Assembly: GCA_051294375.1 (NCBI GenBank)
Contig: CM119264.1
Span: 6,841,814-6,905,813 of the forward strand
Direction of reading: 5' to 3'
DNA: 64,000 nt
From: Paraspadella gotoi
Lineage: Eukaryota; Animalia; Chaetognatha
Below the pieces are notes generated by a model, which was given only the letters and a program-made list of their open reading frames with translations, had not been told where the DNA came from and made no database searches. Within the stretch, counting starts at the first letter, position 1; every line of letters begins with the position of its first letter. The translations under genes were made by a program, and so were the position numbers. Of this stretch, positions 27,331 through 39,806 are shown in pieces.

Positions 27331-27505
27331 CCATGAGATAGCTCTTCACGGGCCTCTTGACGGTGGGGACGCCGAATACGACGGAGACGTTGGAGCGGCC
27401 ATCGGAGGCGAGGAAGCTGGGGGTGAGGCTCGAGTCATTCATTGTCAGGTGAGGTAGATGGTCGCGAATGGATGGCGGGCGAAAGGAATGATTTCTGTCA
27501 GTCCG
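27331..27505 (-). CDS. MGAT4: MGAT4 (N-acetylglucosaminyltransferase IV) exon
   Basis: PSIRDHLPHLTMNDSSLTPSFLASDGRSNVSVVFGVPTVKRPVKSYLM matches MGAT4A/B HHLPHLL..SSLQPAV..GQGRTGVSVVMGIPSVRREVHSYL. Donor G|GTGAGT (phase 1); the acceptor position is less certain. Confidence 0.9.
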
Positions 27506-27838
27506 CTGCCGGAGGGAGAGCGAGTGCGTCGGGAAAAAAAAAAAGCATTTCAATGTTGAACATTTATCAATTACCATTTTCGACATGCAGTGAAATCCAT
27601 TGTCATCCAAAAATAGCTTAATTGATTTTACAAACCTTTTCTTCAACATCGAACAACTCTGGTTGTTTATTGCCTTTCGACTCCGAGGGTGCATCGAGGG
27701 GAGATTGTCGCACTGGGCTCAGAAAGAAAATGGATATTGTGAAAATCGTCTCTACAGTCACGAAACAATCACGCTCAGTAAACTTTGATTCCTAAATTAG
27801 GCGTTAAAGGAAGCCTTATAATCAACTTCAACATCACA

Positions 27839-28069
27839 TTTAGAGAAAACAAAGTTTTATTTGTTACAAATAACGATCTTTTCGGGTTTTTTCTTTCGCC
27901 GACCGGAGTTAGGGGGTTTTAGGATTAAGGGTGGTTTAGGGGTGGTTTAGGGTTAAGGGTAGTTAGGATTAAGAGGGTTTAGGATTAGGGTAATAAGGTA
28001 ATAATTTTGGGTAAGAAAGTATGTGGTTAAGCTGGATATAAATTTTTGTAAAGTTTCTCTCTCTCTGAG

Positions 28070-28101
<32 letters not shown>

Positions 28102-28576
28102 CAAATTATGCCAGTTGACCAAATATTGCAACGAGATTAAATTACGCGAATTGACCAAATAATGCAAAATTACCAAATTATACAAGTTGACTAAATTATG
28201 CTAGTTGGTATGGGCGCAGCTACTGGTAAGTGTTAATAATTGATAGATAAATTGATTTATAGATTTTTTCATATATTTATTTAGAAGTCTGTTATGATTT
28301 GTTATGTACAATTTGTTATGATCTGTTATAGATAACAAATTGAAAAACAGAAAATATTACCGTGATTTATCCTCGGATTAACTTATTACCGCTTAATTAT
28401 CGTGGGCAGGTCCGACATTGTTTGCTCAAACCTGTTTTTTATATATTTAGCGGACATGTATCGACACTTATTTTTGCGAGTCTTCATCAGGGCAAAAATA
28501 AGATTTGAAACATGTCCGCTATATATATACTATATAAATCGTTGTTTGTAACAAATAAAACTTCGTATTCTCTAAA
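27839..28576. mobile_element. Fold-back pLTR-derived element with a degenerate hammerhead, split by a later insertion
   Basis: Inverted arms 27839-27877 and 28538-28576. Minus-strand core at 28453-28490 reads CUGAUGA-A-GACUC-loop-GUGUC-GAUA-CAUGUC (mutated). An inverted half-copy GAAACATGTCCGC follows at 28507-28519. The interior contains TTAGGG-like and (GATT)n sequence. Confidence 0.6.
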
Positions 28577-29211
28577 TTCAAAACGCAACAAAAAGAAAGT
28601 TGAAACACAATGTCATTGTTCACCTGAAAGGGTCGACTGGCTGAGGAAAACCCAAAAAAATTGAGCGATGAGGAGAAGAAAGCAAATTCGGACACAATAT
28701 CGTTTCAGTTTTTTAATCATCCTGGTTTTTATAATTTAGTCGGTTTAAACATATATTTAAAGTGAGAGTTATCTGGAAATCGCGAGAAACCATTAAATTA
28801 AAAAAGTTNNNNNNNNNNACTCGGGGGTTGAAGTCTAATTTTGGTCTTATATTTTCTAAAAGAATAAAATATTCAAACGAATTTAAAAGATGCGTTATTA
28901 CATATCTTGTGCTGCGTTTGTTTTTTTTTTTCTTAATTACATTTAAATAACCAGGTTTGCCTATTATATGACGCAACATGCCAAGAACCGGACGATCGAA
29001 AAAAAAAACAACTTGTATTTAATCTTCAGTGGTGAACGAGGAATTAAAATTTGTTTTTAAATTTTAAAACATTTACGAGAAAGAAAAATAGAACTCGTTT
29101 TTGGTGTTTTTTTTTTTTCGTTTTTTGGAACATATTTAGTTTCTCGTGTGTTAATCTTATTTCGCTGTTAAGTTGGTATGAGAAAGAGCATATTTCCGAT
29201 TTAGTCGTTAC

Positions 29212-29366
29212 CAAAATAATGTGGGCTTTGAAACCATAAACTGGTTCGGCGATGTTCCCTGACTTCGATGCGAAGTCGAAGACACGAAGGGCACGAGGAG
29301 AAACACGACGAGATCAGCGAGATTCTTAATTTGGTGGATAGACCTCTTTTGCTGAATGGCCCGTTC
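29212..29366 (-). CDS. Candidate upstream MGAT4 exon encoding a membrane anchor
   Basis: Acceptor gacttag|, donor TTG|GTAACG. A basic-then-hydrophobic read KRGLSTKLRISLI/LVVFLLVPFV needs a 1-nt correction. An alternative candidate anchor exon lies at about 27674-27791. Confidence 0.25.
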
Positions 29367-30480
29367 CTAAGTCGGTTAGTCGATTGAAATTATAATTTCA
29401 ATAGGTTAGATAACAATTTAATCAATGAAAATGATACAACCTATCTAAAAATTATCCATTCATTTAATAAATAAGCTATCTTGCCCCTGACTTTGGACAG
29501 GCTTTGGTGGTTTAAAGCCTCCATCATTATTTTAGATTAATGACATAACAAGCTTTCAATCAAGTCTCTCTCACAATCAATAAGATTCAAATGCATAATT
29601 TCACTTTTATTAATATTGATAACGAAAGATGGTCGTCTTAAATTTTCATAGTTATTTCAAAATTACAATACAATTAAGGTTTCATAAAGATATTCAATTT
29701 CCGGCACTATTTTCCGAAAGGATCCCATCTCTACCTAAATCTAATCCCAAACTGTAATCCTTAATTCTCATCCTTAATTTTTAACATAAATCCCTAACCT
29801 AATCCTAATTTTTAATTCTTAACCTAATTTAAAATTTAAAAATAATTATAGTTTAAGCTGAATTCGGGAGCTTTTAGAAAAGATGACCCAACTACAAAAG
29901 TGACTCAAAATCGTATAAGGAAAAGAAAAGTCAAAGAGTTGCGTTTACTATCCAAAAAGAAAAAAAGCAAAATTAAATTCTTCAAGAAACTAAAAAAACT
30001 AGAACGGTAAATCCAGCCGCAGTGACTGTTTTCACGTGTCCCTTTGATCAATTGATATGATATGACATGACATGACTAAAAAACCTTTTGCTTGAGTGTT
30101 TATAACATTCACTGAATCAAAATTCTATCTTTTATTCGTTATAGTTTTAGGAATTATTGAAGGCGACGATAATAGTCCCTTAGATTTGAGGTTTCTTTCT
30201 GTCTTAACAAATAAACAATCAACTATCGGCAAATTATATGCGATTTTAACTTAAAAGTGGAGGACGGAATTTTTAGAGATAAATAATTCGAGACCAAAGT
30301 AAAATGAAAGGTGAATTTATTTTAACGTAACGTCGAAGGGAAAAAGCGTGCGAGAATAAAATAACAATGCCTTTTATAAGAACTAGGAATGTGAAAGGGA
30401 ATGAAATTTTAGGCCGAGAAATATTATTGACATTTTTGTAATTTACCGAATTCTTTCCCACAACCTTCACTTTAAGTGGG

Positions 30481-30550
30481 ACCGACCGACGGACAGACAG
30501 ACCGACCGAATATAGAGTTGCACCGCGAGTACTCGCGACGCAACTAAAAA
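30481..30550 (+). mobile_element. Helentron/HINE (DINE-1-like) terminus
   Basis: A (GACN)n microsatellite, then TATAG and the stem-loop AGTTGC-ac-CGCGAGTACTCGCG-ac-GCAACT, followed by an A-run. Confidence 0.45.
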
Positions 30551-31016
30551 CAAGTTTGAATTATACGGTTTAAAGGCGTTCGGTGCCTCGATTGACGACA
30601 AACTTCTTTGCTATCGTTCCTTTTTTTTCTTTTTTCTTTTTTTTTTTTTTGTGTGCGAGTTGATAAAATCAACTCTGGGCGAAATCTAAAGCGAGACCAG
30701 TTTCGAGAGCCTAAGTTACTATGTACCTATTCCGTCATCAATCTTTCTGATAGGGTATCGTATCGTATTGCAGAAATTATTGCCCGTTTCTTCGACATAA
30801 AATATTACTATTGAGCGTTAATTGCTCTTAATAGTAATGCTAATTCAGAAACAAACATAATGTCTTGTTTTATTTTAAAAAATATGATACTAGCAAAACG
30901 ATAATAAATACCGTTTATTATTCCGTACATGAAAAACCGTCGCGACATTGAGCCACCTTACCGACGTTATCATCACAAAACCGATAAAATTGATGAAACC
31001 GAAACCGATGAAATTT

Positions 31017-31574
31017 AAATGCTAATGTATACAGCGTTAAAATAATAATTCAAGGGCATGGATTATAGTATTAATTTTTTTTTAAATGTTATCTTCTGAG
31101 GGTACTAGCCTGATTAAAATTAGGAAAAATAAGGAGAAAAAAATTTGAAATCTTAAATTTTTTTGATAGTTTCTGATAAAGCTAAACAAAAAAAAAATAA
31201 TTACAGTTCTTAAAAATTATTACGTTTTTTAAGTGTTAATGTAAAAAAAAAAACTGATAAAATTATCGAAATAAGATGATAATGATGATTTTTTACGGTT
31301 TTTCTTATTTTTGACTCGCTTATCATAATAATATTTTTTAAAAAATATACATTTTATGAGCTATCTGAAACTAATCTTAAAACTTTAAATTTCTCAAAAA
31401 AAATTTTGGCTTTTCCTATTTATAAATAATTATTGAAAAATTAATTACGAGGGTATAGAGCCACCTAAGAATTTTTTTGTCTATTGAAAGTATTGTTAAA
31501 AATGTATAAATTTTGATTGGAGCCTGTACTCACTCTAAATTTTTGACTCGCCCCATTGAGTGGGGCTACCCCTT
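31017..31574 (+). mobile_element. Non-autonomous DNA-transposon-like repeat family B, copy 1
   Basis: Collinear with 34630-35113, from AATGTATACAGCGTTAAAA to GGGTATAGAGCCA...TTTTTGACTCRCCCCATTGAGTKGGGCTACCCCT. A partial copy lies at about 59840-60006. The ends resemble TTAA-RR...YY-TTAA (Kolobok-like; uncertain). Confidence 0.55.
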
Positions 31575-34415
31575 ACAAAAGCTGCAACTCTCCCACTTGG
31601 GAACGTCAATAATCACAACAACCACAACAACAACAACAATCGCGGACACAGAATTCGTTGTCATAGTCGTCGTCGTCGTCATAATCGATATCGTGGTTGT
31701 CGTCGTCGTCATAATCGATATCGTGGTTGTCGTCGTCGAGGTCATCCCGGGGTCGGTTCACCCCGATATAAAATGTGATTGATCGGCAAAGTCGTTTGCA
31801 TTGAAATCTCGGCCGTCGGTCTGATGCTGACGAAGCTTCAATTGGGATTCTTATTTTTTTTTTTTTCTTGATTTCCATTTCGCTCGTTCTCTGTCTGTCT
31901 TTCTCTCTCTCTCGCTGTATTAATTTATGTTTGCGCTCTTTATATTTTTTTATCATAAGCTGAAAAATCAATTTTGAATAAATATCGGCGGAAAAAAATG
32001 CTTTGGTATCAGTTTTATAGATTCTGTCTCACATTTTAAAATAAGGTGAAATTCTGTGTGCAGTCCGGCATGAAGGTTATGTAGCTATAGTGAATGAAAC
32101 CAAGGCGACAAAAGAGATATTAAAATGAAAGTATAGACCACAGAGTATTGTGGCTTGACCCCAATTGACTATACCCCAAGTTCGGGACAATTTCCTGTCC
32201 GTTGCCTATTATAAAAATATGACCTCTGTAACTCGGGGTTAGAAATTAAACATCGGAGTCTGAAGATTTTTTAAACAAGTAATTTTTTTTTTCCAATTTG
32301 AAAAAAGTAATTTGAATTTACGATTCTGTCTTGGCTTAATTCGATCCAGGAAAATATTGTACCATTATTTCTGGACTTTAAAACTGCTACAGACCAGCAA
32401 ACGAATTGTGCCGCGAGAACTCCGCATTGAGGCAACGCTTTCCTCTCTGTCAGAGCTTGTTTACATCACTGTTGGTGACGTGAGTATAGAAGTAAATCGC
32501 GGTTTTAATTTTCATTTGCTTGAAGGAGAAGTATCGTATTCACGAGAGAGAGAGTGGAGAGAGAGAGAGAGAGACAGAAGAGAGAGAGAGTGGAGAGAGA
32601 GAGTACTTCTTTCAAATATGATCAAAGGACGCGTGGACGAGAGGGATCACGTGATCTGTTAATCGTTTTTCAATTGAGTTTGACGGACAGATGGTCACAA
32701 GTGGAAAAGGAGATTGAGGAGGAAGAGGAAAGGGATCAGAAAGGAGGAATTGGGGAGAACAGAGATGTGGAAGAACGTAGATAAAGGAGATAAAGGAGAA
32801 CGGCGAGAAATAAAGATTGATACAGATCGAAAAATAAAGTAGAAGTCGGGGACAATGTCGAGACAACGAGAAAAATTGGATAAATATAAAATTAGAATGA
32901 AAATGAAGAAAAACAATGAAAATGGGAGGAGAGGAAAAATAGATTTAAAGGCTCCGGGGGTTTTACTAAAATATATAGTCGAGATAATTGAAAGAAAATA
33001 GTAATTTTGATGTGGAAAATAAATAAAAAATATCTAATATCAGGTACTTTGGGAGTGAATAAACAAGACTGTGTGAGAGTCTTGATTGGAAGCTTGCAGT
33101 GACCTGCTATGTCATTATCTTGTAAGAGTGATGGAGGCCTTAAACCACCAAAGCCTGTCCAAAGGATAGCTTATTTATTAAATGAATGGATACTTTTTAT
33201 ATTAGTTGTACCAATTTCATATATATATATATATCTTAATATTTTACCTGGAAAAGGTTTAAAACTATTATATATTTGGCCAAGCTGATTGTAGCAGAAA
33301 AGAACAAAATAATTTTATAATCCTGACGAATCTTGAAACAAATACTTTTAGTTTTCAATCTAAACCAAAAGAGATAACCACGACGTGACAGTGATGTCTG
33401 GTAAAATCGTCGATCCGGCTGGCGTCTTGACTCGTCCTAAATTACCACCCTTTCTCAAGCCCTGTCAAAAAAAAAACTCCGCAGTACGAGATTCATTATA
33501 TCTTTCGTTTCCGTTGATTGACGAAAAACAAAAAGTTTTCACTAATTGAAAGCGTCAAAGTTTCAAGTTTCGTCCGAAGCCAAAACGTTTAAAACGTTTT
33601 TTTCCCCTTTTTTCCGCATCCCGTTCGAAAAGAAAAAAAAAAGTTGTCGAAATTTTGTTTAAAACCTCCGCGTTTCCTGGATTTTTTTTTTTCCTCTCCA
33701 AAAGTCATTTCAATATTTTTTTTGCGTCAAAATATTTACCGAAACGTCGTCCCCGTCGGTTGACGTCCGTCATAATTCTTTCGCTAGCGTCTTTTCCGTC
33801 GCGAATACTTTGCAGCATTTACGCGGCTAATGACTGTTAAGAAAAAAAAAAAAAACCCGTTGGGTCTTGGGGGGGGATTCTTGCGGGGGGTTCTTAAGAT
33901 TCGTGTCTCGGGCCGTGGGGATTAAATGCGGCCAGATTTGAGCACATTGAATCATGTCCTTTGTTTATCGTTTTCCAGTCTTTTACGCGGTCACTGTTTT
34001 TCATTATGTTAATACTGTTATTGGTATTAATAAAAAAAAAGAAAGTCCTTTCTTTGTTTTTTTTTTTTTTTTTTGTTAAATATATTATTTAAACCCAGAT
34101 CAAGGTATAGATATAAGAAAATTTAAAAGATAGGAATCAATTATGTTTTTAAAACTCCCGTTGAGTTAAATATTGAAACCGGTTTTAAATCAACTCAACA
34201 ATAAGGCCCAGTGTTGACGTGAAATCATATGAAATCGTATGAAATAAATCATATGTACCAATTTCATGAAATCGTTTGCACATTTAGTTCGAAGCTAATT
34301 TATTTTGGCCAAAATATTTCAAAATAAAATATATTCAAGATAAAGAGACAGAAAAATAGTTACCATTGAATGAACCGTTCATTGTGTTAAGTCTTTCTTT
34401 TCGTTGCGTTTTAGT

Positions 34416-34544
34416 ATTAAAGAGAAAAAAAGTTTAATTGTTTACAAACAACGTTTTCTTTATTCCCCCCCCCCAAAAAAAACGGACATGTTTCGACTCT
34501 TATTTTCGAGTCTTTACAAATAAACTTTTTTTTATCTCTTCAAT
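34416..34544. mobile_element. Fold-back pLTR-derived remnant with a truncated hammerhead
   Basis: Inverted arms flank GGACATGTTTCGACTCTTATTTTCGAGTCTT, which on minus is stem II + GAAA + CAUGUC. The CUGANGA box is missing. Confidence 0.6.
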
Positions 34545-34629
34545 GAACAGTCCATAAGTTAGAAGTACGGACATCTGGATTTGGAGTCGAGTGACTTGCT
34601 TCCGAGTCTAAAAAGTTGGACGACCGCTT

Positions 34630-35113
34630 TTAAGGCTAAAATGTATACAGCGTTAAAATTTAAAATAAAATAATTTTAATTAAGAATATTATATTGCTAT
34701 ACATATAGAGCAGGCAATTTTTTTTGGAAAAACTTATAATTTTTTGATGGATTCTGTAAAAGCAGAATATAAATAATATAAAGTTAAACAAGAAATATAA
34801 CTACAGCTTTTTAAAAATTATTACGTATTCTCAATAAAAATCTAAAAAAAGGGATATAAAATCACCGAAATGTTTTTTATAGTTTTCCTTATTTTTGACA
34901 CACTTATCATAAAAATATTGAAAAAAAAATTATAAAAAAATTTTTTGGCCGTTTCTATCTATAAATAAATATTAAAAAATTAATTACTAGGGTATAGAGC
35001 CATATGTAAAAATTTTTGTCCATTGAAAGTATTCTTAAAAATGTATAAATATTCGTTTGAGCATGTACGCACTATAAATTTTTGACTCACCCCATTGAGT
35101 TGGGCTACCCCTA
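34630..35113 (+). mobile_element. Repeat family B, copy 2
   Basis: Diverged copy of 31017-31574. Confidence 0.55.
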
Positions 35114-35243
35114 ATTTTATTCTTTCTTCAATTTTTTTAATTTTGCAGCCAAAACTGGGAAAAATATCATCCCGCCAATTTCGCAAAAAAAATTATCTAA
35201 AATTTAGGATTTAAAACTAAGGATTTAAGATTTAAGATTTTAA

Positions 35244-35440
35244 ATCACTCTCCACATCTCCAATCACCAATGCTACCACTTTCCCGATCTCCAATCACTA
35301 ATGCTATCACTCTCCCGATCTCCAATCACCAATGCTATCACTCTCCCGATTTCCAATCACCAATGCTATCACTCTCTTGATCTCCAATAACCATTGCTAT
35401 CACTCACCCGATCTCCAATCACCAATGCTATCACTCTCTC
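35244..35440. repeat. 31-bp minisatellite, about 6 copies
   Basis: Unit ATCACTCTCCCGATCTCCAATCACCAATGCT. Confidence 0.9.
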
Positions 35441-35571
35441 GATCATCATCGTATTTCCATTGAATGACCAAGCTTTTTTGTTGCCTCCGGCGAAGAAGGG
35501 AACGAGAATAGGGACGAAGAGAGAAACGGACCGTGGCTTGGGTGAGCGGAATCCTGAAGTAGGGAAACCAG

Positions 35572-35683
<112 letters not shown>

Positions 35684-36539
35684 GTCGAACGATGAGGTCC
35701 AACGAACGGAATAATGAGACTTCCACGTGAACGAGTCAAATGTGGTTTTTTTACGTCTTTTTTCTTTCAATTTCCTCCTAATTTTCTTCCCTTTTTTTTT
35801 TCTTATTTTCTTCATTTTTTTAGAATTTATTTTATCCTTCTTGTTCTTTTTGCCTTTTTTGATGCACAAAAATTCCAGTATGTAGAGTAAAAGTCAAGTA
35901 GCTTCTCTGGTTAAAAGCTTAAGATCGCCCCATATATCGACGGGCGTGTAGAAATGCAATACAATTTGCAAAAAAACTTTTATTACATAATGTGTGATGT
36001 GTGATGGAGGCCTTAAACCACCAAAGCCTGTCCAAAGTCAGGGGCAAGATAGCTTAGTTATTAAATCAATAAATAATTTTTATATTGGTTGTACCAATTT
36101 CATAATCTAACGTCCTTTCGTTTTAAATTTTTTAATAAATTTTTAGTAAATTTTTTAGTAAAAGACCTTCGCTCATGAGTCAGCTTTCAATGTTCATCCT
36201 CGACGTTTCTCAACTTTTTTCAATAGTAATCTATATCTCATACCTCATAACTTGGTTTTTTTTTTCGGTTCAGCTGGTTTTTGTATCGAAGACAAAATCG
36301 AAATCTGGCATTGGGATTTTGTTCTTTTCAGAAATATCGCCAGTGCCAGACGCATCCCCTTCCCTCGTCCGTGCCAACCACTTCCTTTATGCAGTGCCTA
36401 CCACCTCTCATTTCCTCCGACGTGCCAACGACTTTCTCAATGCAGTGCTGACCACTTTCCTCAAGCCAACTTCCTCCACTATTTATTCCTTGCAGTTCCA
36501 CTGCACCGTGCCAACGTTTTTATCATCACCTCTTTCCGC

Positions 36540-36867
36540 CGTCCCAACCACTTGCTCCTCACCCAAAACGTACAGTCCAACCACTTGCTCGTCAGCCTCC
36601 AAAACGTACAGTCCCAAAACACTTGCTCCTATCATCTCAAACGTACAGTCCCAACCACTTGCTCCTTACCTCTCAAACGTACAGTCCCAACCACTTGCTC
36701 CTCACCTCAAACGTACAGTCCAAACCACTTGCTCCTCACCTCAAACGTACAAGTCCCAACCACTTGCTCCTCACCTCAAACGTACAGTCCCAACCACTGC
36801 TCCTCACCTCAAAAAGTTCAGTCCCAACCACTTGCTCCTCACCTCAAACGTACAGTCCCAACCACTT
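36540..36867. repeat. 34-bp minisatellite, about 10 copies, with older degenerate units from about 36370
   Basis: Unit CAGTCCCAACCACTTGCTCCTCACCTCAAACGTA, head-to-tail with no spacers. Confidence 0.9.
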
Positions 36868-37155
36868 CATTTGCGATCTTCGAATAACATCCCACTTCCT
36901 TCGTACAAACGCTGACTACTTTTCCACTAATCATTGGAAATATTATTATTAAATTTTCTTAGTTTTATACTTTTAATGTTTGGACGTTTGCTGTGCACGT
37001 TAAATTTGTTTTCGAATGCAAAAATCACATGCAAATCATGCGTGCTGATTTCACGTGCAACTCACCCGTGGTTCACTCACACCGAGGGTGGAATCCCGGT
37101 GTTCTGGGAATTAACCAGTCATGAAAAATGAATGCGTTAATTCTCTCTCTCTTTT

Positions 37156-37284
<129 letters not shown>

Positions 37285-37531
37285 CCTAGGGACGAGTGAC
37301 AGATTGTGAGGAAAGCCCAGCCGTTGTCGCGGTTAGCGTCAGGAAAGAAATCGTCCATGGAAAACTGTGAGTGTGAGAGTAAGAAATTTAAATTGACAAT
37401 TTATGAACAAGATTTATAAACTTTAATAAAAACTGACGAAAGTCTTCTTTGAATTTCTATTGTTAAAAAAAGAGATAGTATTAGTAGACCGATTCTACTT
37501 ATGTTATTATCTATGTATGTATGTATATATG

Positions 37532-37565
<34 letters not shown>

Positions 37566-39164
37566 TGTATGTATGTATGTATGTATGTATGTATGTATGT
37601 ATGTATGTATGTATGTATGTAGAGAGAGAGACGTATCCGGTGACGAAAATCACCAATATATGGGTTATTCACAAACTTCGAATGAAATGCTAAAAAACAT
37701 TTTCTTTTCTTTCGATTTTTTTTCCAGTTGGTTTATCCTTCGAAGCCCAAAAGTCTAAGAGATGATCCGTTGTTCTATTCATTTTCAACGTAAGAACCGT
37801 CGTCTTCATTGTCAGCGCCATCAACCGTCTTTTCATCAACGTCGTTGTTTTCGACATTCAGTAATTAAAAATATTATTAAAAGTTATTATTGCAAGCTCT
37901 CGTTCTCGCCGAGGCCGCCGCCTACGCCTTCGCTGCCACCGCCGATTTTTAGATGAGGAATGAAATAATTAAGAAGACAGAACAACCGAATAGCTGACAA
38001 AAGAAACGTTCTTTAAAGGTTTTTTTGTTTTTTGTTTTTTTTTTGTTTAATGAATAATATAAGTGAATATAAGTGAATATATAAGTAATAGAAACATTTG
38101 AAGGATAAAAGTTTATGAAAAAATTATTTAGAGAGTGACGAGAGAGAGAGAGAGAATCAGAGAGCGAGAGAAAGAGAGAGAGGAGATGAGAAGAGAGAAG
38201 AGATGAGATGAGAGGAGAGAGAAGAGAGAGAGAGGAGCAGAGAGAGAGAGAGAGACAGCAGATAGTTAAGCCGCGTCGACGGGTGGAGGGGGGTAAATAC
38301 GACCCTGAGACGCTTATGGGGATCCCGGATGGAGAAGCACGCGCGGGAATTTGATCCGGGGGACAAGGAGGATGTCATTGGCCATCACGGACCCGGCGGT
38401 CATATCCGCGACAGCAGCTTAATCCCATTTAATGCGCCGAACCGAGGGAGGAAGCATGGAAGGGATCTGGGCGGCGTTGGCGGCTGCGGCGGCTGCGGCG
38501 GCGGCGGTGGCGAGGGGTAGCGCTGACTGGGGCGCAACGGAGAAAACGATCACAGTGAGGATGTAACTGATGGTTGAGACGGAAGCGACGACAACCACAA
38601 GAACCGGGAAATACCAAGCTGAGATGATGACGATGTCAAGGACGAAAAAGGGCGACGACGACGACGACGACGACGAGGGCGACGACGACGACGAGGGCGA
38701 CGACGACAAAGACGAAAACAAATACCCTCGTCCTTAAATAACGACGTAAAACTATTTAGCGACAAATGGCTGCTTGTTGTTGTTTGTCGCGCTGTCGTTG
38801 GCGCAAAGTTTTAATATTATCGTACTCATTTGACTTTGCAAATTTTACAATATTCTTTTCATACATTTCTTTACAATAAATTGTCTCATTAACATATATT
38901 TTAACATTATGTTTATGACGTCGTTTAAAAAAAAAAGTCATTCTAATCATTTCATTTCCTTGTTTGTAATTAAACATACAGTTAAGAACCCAAAATCTGC
39001 TCGGAATCGAATTTTCCTTTTTCTCTCCCTATTTTCCTTATATGAAATTGGTACAACCAATAAAAAAAAATTATCCATTCATTTAATAAATAAGCTATCT
39101 TGGCCCAATTTCTCTTTTACTTTCGTTTTTATCTCTTTTTTATTATTATTTCTGTTTCTCTGCC

Positions 39165-39375
39165 TTTTTCTTTTTCTTTTTCCTTTCCTCCGTTTTTTTT
39201 TCTTTTTCTTTTCCTCCGTTTTTTCCTTTTTCCTTTCTTCTGTTTTTTTCCTTTTTCCTTTCCTCCGTTTTTTCCTTTTTCCTTTCCTCCGTTTTTTTCC
39301 TTTTTCTTTTCCTCCGTTTTTTTCCTTTTGTCTTTCCTCCGTTTTTTTTCCTTTTTCCTTTCCTCCGTTTTTTTC
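39165..39375. repeat. About 25-bp pyrimidine-rich minisatellite
   Basis: Unit about CCTTTTTCCTTTCCTCCGTTTTTTT. Confidence 0.85.
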
Positions 39376-39646
39376 CTCCCCGGCTGAAGAAAAAAACTCG
39401 GCAAATCTTTTCCATCGTTTGGTGAACTTTGGATCTTCGGTAAAACCGGAAGACTTTTTCTTTCTCCTCCTTTTTATGCCTTTTTTTTCTTCGTTTCTCT
39501 TTATATCTCTATTTTTTCGGAGTGTCCTCGATCCTGATTATTAATTTTTCGTTTTAGATTTATAAATTCCTTTGAGTTAAGACATGACTGAGACTTAAAA
39601 ACGGCTAAGTGAGACCCATTCCTAAAGTATTTAGAAGAGAGAAGAT

Positions 39647-39754
39647 TGAACCTACATCTTAAAACAGGAAAAAAACCAGCCCGAAGCTTCGAGAACAGGG
39701 AGACAAAAGAGAGAAGAGAAAGAGAAGAGAGAGAAGAAGAGAAAGAGAGAGGAA

Positions 39755-39806
<52 letters not shown>

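Noticed and set aside
33323-33345. CTGACGA-atctt-GAAAC hammerhead-like core (also CTGACGAGACTCGAAG near 51742)
   Set aside because: No credible stem II or III and no family flanking motif.
36540-36867. 34-bp repeat array as a CRISPR array or repeat protein (ORFs 36175-36915 etc.)
   Set aside because: Units are contiguous with no unique spacers, there are no cas genes and the context is eukaryotic. A 34-bp unit rotates through reading frames, so the ORFs are by-products.
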